From a virus, in the IMG/VR virus record IMGVR_UViG_3300037419_000842: DNA of 34,919 nucleotides; one strand, given 5' to 3'. Position 1 is the first letter of the stretch. Every line of letters starts with the position of its first letter. Below the pieces are notes generated by a model, which did no database searches, was not told the DNA's origin, and saw nothing but the letters and a program-made list of their open reading frames with translations. Both the position numbers and the translations under genes were made by a program. Shown piece after piece: positions 17,030 to 25,728 of the stretch.

Positions 17030-17188
17030 ATGATTAAATTTGAATATAAAGAAGTACCTTTTCATTCACTGTCGCCTCATCATGGGCAACTTAGTATAAA
17101 ATTATTAAATGAATTAGGTGCCCAAGGTTGGGAACTTGTAACTATTATCAGTGGAGAATGTATCTTTAAACGACAAATAAAAGAATAA
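17030..17188 (+). CDS. DUF4177-like small protein (52 aa, not in ORF track)
   Basis: MIKFEYKEV...LNELGAQGWELV...IFKR signature. Confidence 0.75.
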   Translation: MIKFEYKEVPFHSLSPHHGQLSIKLLNELGAQGWELVTIISGECIFKRQIKE

Positions 17189-17195
17189 ACAACTA

Positions 17196-17224
17196 TTGAC
17201 ATTTGGCACTCTATATGGTAAAAT
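17196..17224 (+). promoter_or_regulatory. SigA-type promoter
   Basis: TTGACA-17-TAAAAT with TGn. Confidence 0.75.
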
Positions 17225-17255
17225 GGATTTTACTTGCTAGAGTGCCATTTATTTT
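17204..17255 (+). terminator. Long palindrome, probable terminator of the NAD operon
   Basis: TGGCACTCTA-TATG-GTAAAAT-GG-ATTTTAC-TTGC-TAGAGTGCCA followed by TTTATTTT. Confidence 0.6.
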
Positions 17256-17269
17256 AAGGAGGTTAAAAG

Positions 17270-17653
17270 ATGTTTTGGAACAAAGATGATAATGCAGAAA
17301 AAGTTAAAGGTAGAAGTGTAAAATATTTTATTGATGATGTTATTAAAAATATTGGAATTGATAAGACTATTACAATTAACAATGTTAAATTTCATGTAGC
17401 GAATGATCCTTGGTATCGTATTAGCGGAAAATCTGCATCTGAATCTATATCCATTATAATTACTCTGATCAATGATGATGATGAACTTGTTGTATTTAAA
17501 GATGATGAATGGCTCTATCAAGGATCATGGTGCGATAAGATTTACAAGATCATTGACGATATTAAAGAACAAAAGCAAAGAGCAAAAGTAAGGAAAGATA
17601 AAGAATTTGCAGATAAATTAGAGAGATTTGAAAAAGCGTTTGGTGATGAGTAA
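17270..17653 (+). CDS. Hypothetical phage protein
   Basis: RBS AAGGAGG; 127 aa. Confidence 0.7.
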   Translation: MFWNKDDNAEKVKGRSVKYFIDDVIKNIGIDKTITINNVKFHVANDPWYRISGKSASESISIIITLINDDDELVVFKDDEWLYQGSWCDKIYKIIDDIKEQKQRAKVRKDKEFADKLERFEKAFGDE

Positions 17654-17910
17654 TGAGTGATTTCTACAATTGGAAATTAGTTAAAAAGACAAGAAAGGAT
17701 CATAATTGCTTTGGTTGTTGTGAAAAAATCCCTTCTGGTTCATCTGCACATTATTATGCTGGAGTATTCGAAGGATATTTTTCAACTTCTTATTATTGTA
17801 TTCCATGTAAAAAATACGTTGATGAGAATCCTGAAGATTGGTCAGAAGGATTTTATTATGGGGACATTGGTGAGTCAAGAAGAAGGTTGGAAAAAATGAA
17901 TGGAAGATAA
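17653..17910 (+). CDS. Zinc-ribbon-like phage protein
   Basis: TRKDHNCFGC.EKI..G...Y...YCIPC. Confidence 0.7.
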   Translation: MSDFYNWKLVKKTRKDHNCFGCCEKIPSGSSAHYYAGVFEGYFSTSYYCIPCKKYVDENPEDWSEGFYYGDIGESRRRLEKMNGR

Positions 17911-18355
17911 AATAATTATATATACAGACGGAAGTGTAGATCACAAAGATAGAGTTGGCGGAATTGGTATTGTAATGTCTTACAAAGGAAATGTAAAAGA
18001 AGTCTATGAAGGTTATGAAGATACCACAATCAGCCGAATGGAATTGCAAGCTTGCATTAGTGCAATTAAGCAACTTAAACGAAATGACATTCCTGTTGAA
18101 ATATATTCGGACAGTGCCTATGTAGTAAATTGTTTTAAAGATAAGTGGTATGTGAATTGGCGTTCAAACGGTTGGAAGAATGCAAAGAAGAAGCCAGTTG
18201 AAAATCAGGATTTATGGGTTGAATTGCTTGATCTTTATGAGAAGCATGGGAATGTTAGTCTTTGTAAGGTGAAAGGACACATTGGTGTTCCTGAGAACGA
18301 AAGAGCAGATGTTCTTGCTAATATGGGAAGGAGATTGATTTTGGATGCAAAATAA
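17900..18355 (+). CDS. rnhA: Ribonuclease HI
   Basis: IYTDGS, RMELQA, YSDSAYV, W..NGWK...V.NQDLW, VKGH, NERAD. Confidence 0.96.
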   Translation: MEDKIIIYTDGSVDHKDRVGGIGIVMSYKGNVKEVYEGYEDTTISRMELQACISAIKQLKRNDIPVEIYSDSAYVVNCFKDKWYVNWRSNGWKNAKKKPVENQDLWVELLDLYEKHGNVSLCKVKGHIGVPENERADVLANMGRRLILDAK

Positions 18356-18533
18356 TTGTGAATGTAATAGAAGTTTTTACATTGACTCTATGTGCAAACC
18401 ATGCCTTGAACGAGTTAGAAAGAGCGCCTTAGAGAAAATTGAGCAACTAGAAGAAGAAATACTTGATATTGATGCCGTTCTTGATGAAATCAACTTCTAT
18501 TTATACGATGAAGATGATGAGGGGGAAGAATAA
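18345..18533 (+). CDS. Small hypothetical protein (Cys pairs plus coiled coil)
   Basis: CEC...CKPC; overlaps the rnhA stop; RBS AAGGAG. Confidence 0.6.
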   Translation: MQNNCECNRSFYIDSMCKPCLERVRKSALEKIEQLEEEILDIDAVLDEINFYLYDEDDEGEE

Positions 18534-18743
18534 ATGGAATTAAATGGGTGGTATGTTGTAATATTCAAGAAACCCTACTCAATCTATAATAGTACAATAA
18601 AAACTGGGAATACCATGCAATTCGTAGGTAAATGTGAAAACTTTAATCCTACTGGATTGTGTGCATTCAGTAATGATAAAAATGAAATGTTGTTAGTTCA
18701 TTATATTGATATATTACAAATGATTCCTACAGAAAAACAATAA
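18534..18743 (+). CDS. Hypothetical phage protein
   Basis: RBS GAGGGG; abuts the upstream gene. Confidence 0.6.
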   Translation: MELNGWYVVIFKKPYSIYNSTIKTGNTMQFVGKCENFNPTGLCAFSNDKNEMLLVHYIDILQMIPTEKQ

Positions 18744-18758
18744 GGGAGAAGTGATAAA

Positions 18759-18986
18759 ATGAAATCATTGTTGTCTATTCTTGGAGTATTGATTGTTATC
18801 GGAGGATTTTGTGCTGGATTCTATATTGACATCTACATGCTGATCAAAGCAATCATTGACATTGTACATGGTGGGAATATTGCATGGGATGTATTCATGA
18901 TTATTATTAGAGAAGTTGTTGGATTTCTGGTAATTGTCTTCTGTTGGTTTGTTGGCATTGCACTGCTTGCGGCGGCGAATGATTAA
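18759..18986 (+). CDS. Small membrane protein (2 TM)
   Basis: Two long hydrophobic stretches; RBS AAGGGAG. Confidence 0.7.
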   Translation: MKSLLSILGVLIVIGGFCAGFYIDIYMLIKAIIDIVHGGNIAWDVFMIIIREVVGFLVIVFCWFVGIALLAAAND

Positions 18987-19078
18987 GTGATGAAAGAATA
19001 AATTAGAGATAACAAATTAGTCAATCTGATTGCAATAAAGTGACAACTTGATTTGCCAGAAGACAAGGGAGAGATTCT

Positions 19079-21385
19079 ATGGAATTAAATGTAATTGATA
19101 ATTGTGCTTGTTGTGCAACTGAAGATGGATTTGTAAATCTCCATTTACACACAGCATATTCGCTTCTCGATGCACTTAGTAAGCCAGAAGATATTATAGC
19201 AAAAGTAAAAGGTTTAAATCAAAGAGGATTTGCTTGTACGGAACACGGCAACGTTCATAGTTCTGTAAAAGCTTATAAATTGGCTAAAGAAAATTCTTTG
19301 AAGTTTATTTATGGATTAGAGGCATATATCACTGAAGATAGATTTATCAAAGATAAAACAAATAAATACTATCATCTAACTATCCTAGCAAAAAATGAAC
19401 AGGGTAGACAGAACATCAATAAGCTTGTAACAATCTCCAATCTTGAAGGATTTTATTTTAAACCTCGTATTGACTTTAAATTGCTTGAAGAATTTGGTGA
19501 TGGCTTAATCATCATGTCAGGATGTATGGCCTCTGAATTGCAACAAGCATTAGCTGGAGGAAAGATTGGTAATGGTGATGTTGAAATAACATCTGGCAAC
19601 ATTGAGAGAGCCAAAGAAATTGCAAGACGTTATCGTAATGCATTTGGTGAGGATTATTATCTTGAAGTTCAATCACACAGAGATAAGCGTCAACAGCAAT
19701 TAAATCGTGCGATAGTTGACATTGCAAAAGACTTAGGCATTCAATGGGTTGCTACTGCTGACAGTCATTTTGTCAATGAAGAAGATTTAGATTTGCACAG
19801 GGTTTTCATTGGTATCAACCGTAACAAAGACGATTTTGAATCTGACGAAACATATCAAGACACACAGATTCAAAGTGAAAAAGAGGCATGGAATCTTCTT
19901 ATGTCTTTGACTGAAGATGAGCGTAATGTTGCAATTAGGAATACTCTGAACATAATGGATAAATGCAATGCTCCATTGCCACTTTCAGCACCTTTAATTC
20001 CTCATGTTAAAGTTCCAGAAGGTTTTGAAACTGAGGAAGATTACTTGCAACATTTGTGTAACGAGGGATGGAAGTTTAGGAAGATTGGATATAAATCAAA
20101 GAAGCTTCAACAAGAATATAGGGACAGACTTATTTATGAATTTAATGCGATCAAGGATATGGGATTCACAGGATACTATCTCCTTGTTTATGGATACGCA
20201 ACATCTGTTCGCAGAAGAGGTATTGCACGTGGTTCTGGTGGAGGTTCGCTTGTAGCTTATCTGATTAATATTGTAGATATTGATCCAATTGAACATGGAT
20301 TGTATTTTGAGCGCTTTATTGATGTTGCCCAACTTGATTTAATCAAGAGTGGAGAGCTTAAGCCTGAAGAGATTAAAATACCAGATTTTGATTTGGATTT
20401 CGGCACAAAAGAACGCGATCTTGTCTATAACAATATCGTTACTGAACATGGGTATGAGCATGTTGTAGCTCTTGGTCAATTTGGTTACATCTGGACCAAG
20501 AGCGCTATCAAGGATGTTGGTAGAGTGCTTGGAGTGCCATTTGAAGTAACGAATGAGATAACGAAGCTACTAGGAGAGGATACGATTGCAGAAGGGCTTA
20601 CAAGTGGCATTCTGAAGCCCTATCAGCGTCAATATCCAAGACTGTTTGAGTATGCAATGAAACTAGAAGGATTACCCCGCTCATATGGAATGCATCCATG
20701 CGGTAAGGTAGTAACGATTGATCCTGCTGTTTATTATACAGGATTATCACAGAAGGAAGGTCAGCTTGTCTTACAAGTTGACATGAAAGATGCAGAAGCA
20801 CTTGGTTTAGTTAAGGTAGATTTACTTGGACTTCGTACAGTTGATGTAATCTATGACACACTAGATATGATTGGCAAGGACACTGAATATATCCGTAACA
20901 TCACATACGATTGTGCTGAGATGTTAGAAATCTTTAAAAATGGATTTACTGACGGAGTTTTCCAGTTCGAGAGCGAAGGTATGAAGCAAACATTGATAAA
21001 TATGATTCCTACCCATTTAGATGATCTAGGAGTTGTAAATGCTCTGTATAGGCCAGGAAGTTTGAAATATATCAAAAACTACATTGATAGGAAGCACGGA
21101 AGAGAACAATTTGAATATCTTCACCCTGATCTTGAACGTATTCTTAAAATCTCTTATGGCATTATTGTATATCAAGAACAACTGATTGAGATTGGACGAA
21201 TGGCTGGCATGCGTAATCCAGACCTTTTACGTCAAGCTACAGGTAAAAAAGATATGAAGAAACTTGCGAAAGCTGAGCCTGAACTTCGTGATGGCTTGTA
21301 CAAAAGAGGTTGGACAAAGGAGCAGGTAGATCAATTGTGGGAAGATATGCTGAACTTCGCCAAATATTCATTTAATAAAGCCCAT
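19079..21385 (+). CDS. dnaE: DNA polymerase III alpha (family C), exon 1 (769 codons)
   Basis: PHP domain HLHTAYSLLD, RGSGGGSLVAY, PDFDLDF, K.DLLGL, GVFQFES, ALYRPG, YQEQ; ends in YSFNKAH. Confidence 0.95.
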
Positions 21386-21560
21386 AAAATGTGTGTGGCT
21401 TAGTGTGGCGACATACTAAGAAAATCCTTCTAATTGCGGGGAACTCCTAAAGACTTCAATACCAACTTAATATGGTGACATGATTAAGGGCGTTGCTAAC
21501 TACAACGATATGGTAAAAAGTTGAAGTATAAATAATATGGACAATCCGCATCGAGACTTC

Positions 21561-21589
21561 TTGAAATAATTTACATCCCATGATACAAT
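21561..21589 (+). promoter_or_regulatory. Intron-internal SigA-type promoter for the endonuclease
   Basis: TTGAAA-17-TACAAT with TGn, followed by AAAGGAGG and ATG 21613. Confidence 0.65.
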
Positions 21590-21612
21590 AGAAAGAAAGG
21601 AGGTTATAAATT

Positions 21613-22617
21613 ATGGCAAAAAAATATACTCAAAAACAAAAAGAACTTATTTTAAAATTATATCAAGAGGCACAAGACTTGGATGAGGCTATATTAAGAT
21701 TAAAAGAACAAGGAATAGTCATGACTAGGCAGGCAATGGCTGATATGGCTCACGATAATGGTATAAAAAGAAAAAGAATTTATACAAAACAAAACAAATT
21801 ATCAGTCATAGAGATAAGGCAATTAGTTTCAGATTATGAGTCTGGTATTTTTACTATGGAAGAATTGATAAAAAAGTATGGTTTTAAAACAAGAAAATCA
21901 ATAACAGATAAAGTTAAACTTTATAATGGCAAAATGAGAACGCAAGATGAAGCTAATAAAATGAGAAAAACTTATGAAGAAACAATGTTTAATAAGCTTG
22001 ATGCGGAATGGAAAGCTTATATGGTTGGACTGCTTCTTACCGATGGTTATATTACCAATGATCAAATAGGACTTGATTTAACCGATGAAGATGCAATAAG
22101 TTATCTTGCAGAAATGACTGGAAAGGGTAATTACACGACAATTGTTGATAGTTGTAAAAGTAAAAAGGCAAAATATAGACTAACTCTTAATTCTAAAACA
22201 ATTATAGATGATTTGACTAGATTTGGGGTTGTGCCAAGAAAATCTCTAACATTAAAGGGGCCGTTGCTCAATGAAGATGAAAGAAATTATATTCCACATA
22301 TCTTTAAAGGAATTATTGATGGAGACGGCTGGATTAGAAGTGATGGCAAAGAATTTTTTATCGTTTCTGCTTCAAGAGATTTTCTTGAGTGGTGCATAAA
22401 AGAGTTAATTCTATTAGGAATGAGTAATTTAAAAATTACTCAAAAAACATTTGATAATGAAAAGTGGAATGACTGTTTTCTTGTTAGGACTGCTCTTAAA
22501 TCAAATATAACTATTTTAAAAGAGAAAATATACGTCTATGACTTAGGGATGGGTCGTAAACGTGAAAAATTATTTCAAGAAGGGCGTTCAGAGACTACCA
22601 CAAGGAAATCTCAATAA
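21613..22617 (+). CDS. Intron-encoded double-motif LAGLIDADG homing endonuclease
   Basis: AYMVGLLLTDGYI and HIFKGIIDGDGWI, basic HTH-like N-terminus. Located in the P6a loop; its 3' end runs through P7 and P3 into P8. Confidence 0.93.
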   Translation: MAKKYTQKQKELILKLYQEAQDLDEAILRLKEQGIVMTRQAMADMAHDNGIKRKRIYTKQNKLSVIEIRQLVSDYESGIFTMEELIKKYGFKTRKSITDKVKLYNGKMRTQDEANKMRKTYEETMFNKLDAEWKAYMVGLLLTDGYITNDQIGLDLTDEDAISYLAEMTGKGNYTTIVDSCKSKKAKYRLTLNSKTIIDDLTRFGVVPRKSLTLKGPLLNEDERNYIPHIFKGIIDGDGWIRSDGKEFFIVSASRDFLEWCIKELILLGMSNLKITQKTFDNEKWNDCFLVRTALKSNITILKEKIYVYDLGMGRKREKLFQEGRSETTTRKSQ

Positions 22618-22690
22618 ACTTTGAGATTATGGTATAGTCCAGACCACAACGTATATATAATGCGACTAAGGAAATCTTAGTGTGGTAAAG

Positions 22691-23581
22691 TCACAAGCTT
22701 ATGCAATTATTGCAATGATCTGTGCATATCTGAAAGCATTCCACCCAACTGAGTTTATGTGTGCATGGCTTAACTCCTTAGTAGATCATCACGATAAAAT
22801 TGAAACTGCTTTCAAAGAGGCTAAACGAATGGGAGTTAAAATAAAGCCATTAAATTTCAAAGATGCAAATGCTTTATGTAAAGTGGTTGATGGAGAGCTT
22901 GTCTACGGAATCTCTTTGATTAAACACTGTAACGCTCAGATTGCAGAAGATATTGCAAAGCTTCAGCCAGCAAATCGTTTTGTTGATATGATCATTCAAA
23001 TCAAAGAACTTACTTCAATCAACTCTAAACAACTTGATATCCTTATCAAACTTGATTTCTTCTCTGAGTATGGAAGCAAAGAACTATTGCTTACAATCCT
23101 TAAAGAAGTCAACGATGGCAAGAGCAGATATAACAAGACGCACAAGGAGGCAACTAAGCTCAAACGAATTGCGGCACTTCATGAATATGAGGACGAGCTT
23201 AGACAGGGACAAGTTGACTTGTCCATTAAACCATATGAACAAATTGCATTTGAACTTGATCATTATGGTTTCATCAAAACAACTTTTAAAGAAATTCCTA
23301 AAACAATACTAGCTGTAATGGATATCGACATGAAGCCTAAAACAGCTTATATTGCAGTTAAGTCATTCTGCTATAAAACTGGAGACACGTTTGAGTTCAG
23401 AGTCAAGAAGGATAAGTTTTATGGCAAAAAAGATATTGAATCTTTTGAAGTTGGAGATTCCATTAAGATCAAAAATCTTTCTGAAAAAGCTAGAGTACGT
23501 AAAGATGAAACTACTGGCAAATGGATTGAAACTGGAGTAAATGATTATTATCTTGAGAAAGCAATAAAAATAAAACTATAA
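22691..23581 (+). CDS. dnaE: DNA polymerase III alpha, exon 2 (296 codons)
   Basis: SQAYAIIAMICAYLKAFHPTEF matches the DnaE AYA...AYLKAHYP.EF motif; YGISLIK. Spliced product is 1065 aa. Confidence 0.93.
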   Translation, partial: SQAYAIIAMICAYLKAFHPTEFMCAWLNSLVDHHDKIETAFKEAKRMGVKIKPLNFKDANALCKVVDGELVYGISLIKHCNAQIAEDIAKLQPANRFVDMIIQIKELTSINSKQLDILIKLDFFSEYGSKELLLTILKEVNDGKSRYNKTHKEATKLKRIAALHEYEDELRQGQVDLSIKPYEQIAFELDHYGFIKTTFKEIPKTILAVMDIDMKPKTAYIAVKSFCYKTGDTFEFRVKKDKFYGKKDIESFEVGDSIKIKNLSEKARVRKDETTGKWIETGVNDYYLEKAIKIKL

Positions 23582-23597
23582 AAGGGAGATATTTTGA

Positions 23598-24008
23598 ATG
23601 GTATGGTATCCTTATAAAGACCGCTTTAATGTTGATGTTGAAGAATTGCTTGGAAAGATTATTGTTAATATTGAATTGCGTGACGATGGTGAAGATGATT
23701 ATATTATTTTCACAACTTCAGAAGATGATAAATATGTTATGTTTCATGATCAAAATTGTTGTGAATCTGTTTCAATTGAAGATATCTCTGGAGATTTGAA
23801 TGATTTGATTGGGACTCCTATTCTGATGGCAGAAGAGATTAGCGAAGACGGAAGCATAAATGACGAATATAGTTATGAAAGTTCTACTTGGACGTTCTAT
23901 AAGTTCGCTACAATTAAAGGATATGTAACCATTCGTTGGTACGGCTATTCCAATGGCTACTATTCGGAATCGGTTGACTTTATTCGCCTCCTTAACCAAG
24001 ATAATTAA
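23598..24008 (+). CDS. Conserved phage protein (DUF7448-like)
   Basis: H.Q.CCESV.IEDI.GDL.DLIG.PIL.AEE...TWTFY...TIKGYVTIRWYG.SNGYYSE; the family name is from recall. Confidence 0.7.
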   Translation: MVWYPYKDRFNVDVEELLGKIIVNIELRDDGEDDYIIFTTSEDDKYVMFHDQNCCESVSIEDISGDLNDLIGTPILMAEEISEDGSINDEYSYESSTWTFYKFATIKGYVTIRWYGYSNGYYSESVDFIRLLNQDN

Positions 24009-24016
24009 AAAAGTTC

Positions 24017-24045
24017 TTGACATTTTAACAAATATAAGATAAAAT
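24017..24045 (+). promoter_or_regulatory. SigA-type promoter
   Basis: TTGACA-17-TAAAAT; motif copy at 24030-24045. Confidence 0.8.
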
Positions 24046-24079
24046 AGATTTACATTGAAAAACAGGGGAGATGTAAATT

Positions 24080-24346
24080 ATGGATTCTTATTATGATTCT
24101 TATAATGATGTTTACTATAAAATTTATCAAATGAGGAATGGCTTGTTAACAGTCGCATGCGTGCAATGGTTTGATGAATACGATTATGATCAAGAAAGAT
24201 TTTTTACAGATGATTTGGATAATCAACTTCAATTCAAGACAGAAAGAGAAGCTGATATTTGGCTTAATAACAATATTAAGCCAGAACTTATTGATCCTGA
24301 ACATCGTAGAATAACAAAAATGACAAAAAGAGATTATTTTATTTAA
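24080..24346 (+). CDS. Hypothetical phage protein
   Basis: RBS GGGGAG; 88 aa. Confidence 0.65.
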   Translation: MDSYYDSYNDVYYKIYQMRNGLLTVACVQWFDEYDYDQERFFTDDLDNQLQFKTEREADIWLNNNIKPELIDPEHRRITKMTKRDYFI

Positions 24347-24368
24347 AATTTGGGAGGCATTAAACCTA

Positions 24369-24635
24369 ATGCAAAGAGAAGAAGCTAAAAAACTGCTAGA
24401 AAAAATTAATGAGTTGTCAAGTCGTGATTTATTCATTGAAACTTATCTTAAGCTTGCAATTGTGCAAGCAAAAGAAGAACTTGGCTCTGGTAATGCTAGT
24501 CAAGAATTCATTGATGACGTAATTATAAATAAATATCTTCTTAATTTGGCAAAGGATTTGCTCTTTATTCAAACAGCAAGGGTAGAAGCATTACAAAGTG
24601 AATTGGCTATATACAAATCGAATGGAGGTTGTTGA
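24369..24635 (+). CDS. Hypothetical helical protein
   Basis: RBS GGGAGG; 88 aa. Confidence 0.65.
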   Translation: MQREEAKKLLEKINELSSRDLFIETYLKLAIVQAKEELGSGNASQEFIDDVIINKYLLNLAKDLLFIQTARVEALQSELAIYKSNGGC

Positions 24636-24638
24636 TTG

Positions 24639-24848
24639 ATGATTAGAGTTAGTGGAGATGCAAGATTTATGGTTTACTTTAATGTTGAAATCGACATGAC
24701 CGAAGAAGAGTGGGAAGGGTTGTCATACGGATATCAAGAGGCAATTATTGATCAACATATTGGCTACGAAGAAATGAAGAATGCCGAAATGACTGATTGT
24801 GACGTTGATGATGTTATTGAAGTAGATGATGAAAATAGAAACTTTTAA
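24639..24848 (+). CDS. Hypothetical acidic protein
   Basis: RBS GGAGG; start ATG 24639 or TTG 24636. Confidence 0.6.
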   Translation: MIRVSGDARFMVYFNVEIDMTEEEWEGLSYGYQEAIIDQHIGYEEMKNAEMTDCDVDDVIEVDDENRNF

Positions 24849-25194
24849 AGTTGTAATTGCTGGCTCAAGAGGATTTAATGATTATAATCTTTTAAAAAAG
24901 AAACTTGATTTAATCCTAAATGATATCTCAATTCCCATTGAAATTGTTTCAGGTGGAGCAAGGGGAGCAGATAAATTAGGAGAAAGATATGCTAAAGAAA
25001 AAAGGTATTTGATCAAAAGATTTATTCCTGATTGGAATATTGGTAAACATGCTGGACTTATTCGAAATGAAGAAATGGCTAAATATGCTGATGCTTGTAT
25101 ATGCTTTTATGATGGTGAAAGTAATGGGACTGGACACATGATAAAAATGGCTAAAAAATACAATTTAAAACTAAGGGTGATAAACTATGGATGA
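24826..25194 (+). CDS. SLOG superfamily (YspA/DUF2493-like) protein
   Basis: VVIAGSRGF.DY, IVSGGARGAD, AGLIRNEEM, FYDGES.GTGHMI. Confidence 0.85.
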   Translation: MMKIETFKVVIAGSRGFNDYNLLKKKLDLILNDISIPIEIVSGGARGADKLGERYAKEKRYLIKRFIPDWNIGKHAGLIRNEEMAKYADACICFYDGESNGTGHMIKMAKKYNLKLRVINYG

Positions 25195-25432
25195 TAAAAT
25201 TACTATTAATGGTGTAACATATGTCCGTGAAGATTCTATTGAAAAAGAATTTTCAAGTGATGATGTTATTAAATATTTGAGAGAATTGCCAAGTTGGGAG
25301 TACATCAACATTGTTGAAGACTCTATTGCTCAAATTGTAAAAAAAGGATGGTATGACAACTCTGATATTGCCAATGGAGATATTGATCTTCATGAAAGAC
25401 AAATTCTTGCAATTTACCTTGCCGTAAACTAA
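25187..25432 (+). CDS. Hypothetical phage protein
   Basis: ITINGVTYV N-terminal motif; RBS AAGGGTG. Confidence 0.65.
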   Translation: MDDKITINGVTYVREDSIEKEFSSDDVIKYLRELPSWEYINIVEDSIAQIVKKGWYDNSDIANGDIDLHERQILAIYLAVN

Positions 25433-25461
25433 TAAAAACACTTACTAAGGAGACTGTACAA

Positions 25462-25728
25462 ATGAAATATAAAATCGTCAGCGTTATCAATCTTGAAACA
25501 CTTGAACCTTGTGAAGTAGCAATTCATCGTAATCGAATTGGCAGAGAAGTAGAATTGATGTTTGCACCAGAAGAGGGAAGCGTAATCATTTTTGTTAATC
25601 CTGATTATAGCACTACGCAAACTACCAAAGTTCAAGAGATTATTATTAACGACGAAGATTATTTAATTTTCGAAACTAAAAATTCCCGCTATACCTTGGA
25701 GGTATTGAAAGATGGAGAATCTAAATAA
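25462..25728 (+). CDS. Hypothetical phage protein
   Basis: RBS AAGGAG; T..VQ.I...IFETKNSRY.L. Confidence 0.65.
   Translation: MKYKIVSVINLETLEPCEVAIHRNRIGREVELMFAPEEGSVIIFVNPDYSTTQTTKVQEIIINDEDYLIFETKNSRYTLEVLKDGESK

Larger units (their letters stand above)
21386..22690 (+). mobile_element. Group I self-splicing intron (1305 nt) in dnaE
   Basis: 5' exon ends in U, intron ends in G, and the splice restores FNKAH|SQAYA. Elements: IGS at 21390-21401; P2 21399-21420; P3 TCCTT/AAGGA; P4 TGCGGG/TCCGCA; 16-bp P6a 21557-21572/22567-22582; TCAGAGACTA 22588-22597 pairing with TAGTC 22635-22639 (P7); P8 AATCTCAA/TTGAGATT; P9 ACCAC/GTGGT. Confidence 0.95.

Noticed and set aside
21386-21403. dnaE as a truncated pseudogene or frameshifted gene ending KMCVA
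   Set aside because: The interruption is fully explained by a group I intron whose removal restores the frame and motif.
22668-22690. Independent GTG start (22682) with AAGGA upstream, implying a naturally split DnaE
   Set aside because: Both elements lie in paired P9 stems of the intron. The in-frame GTG is probably coincidental, and no intein motifs are present.
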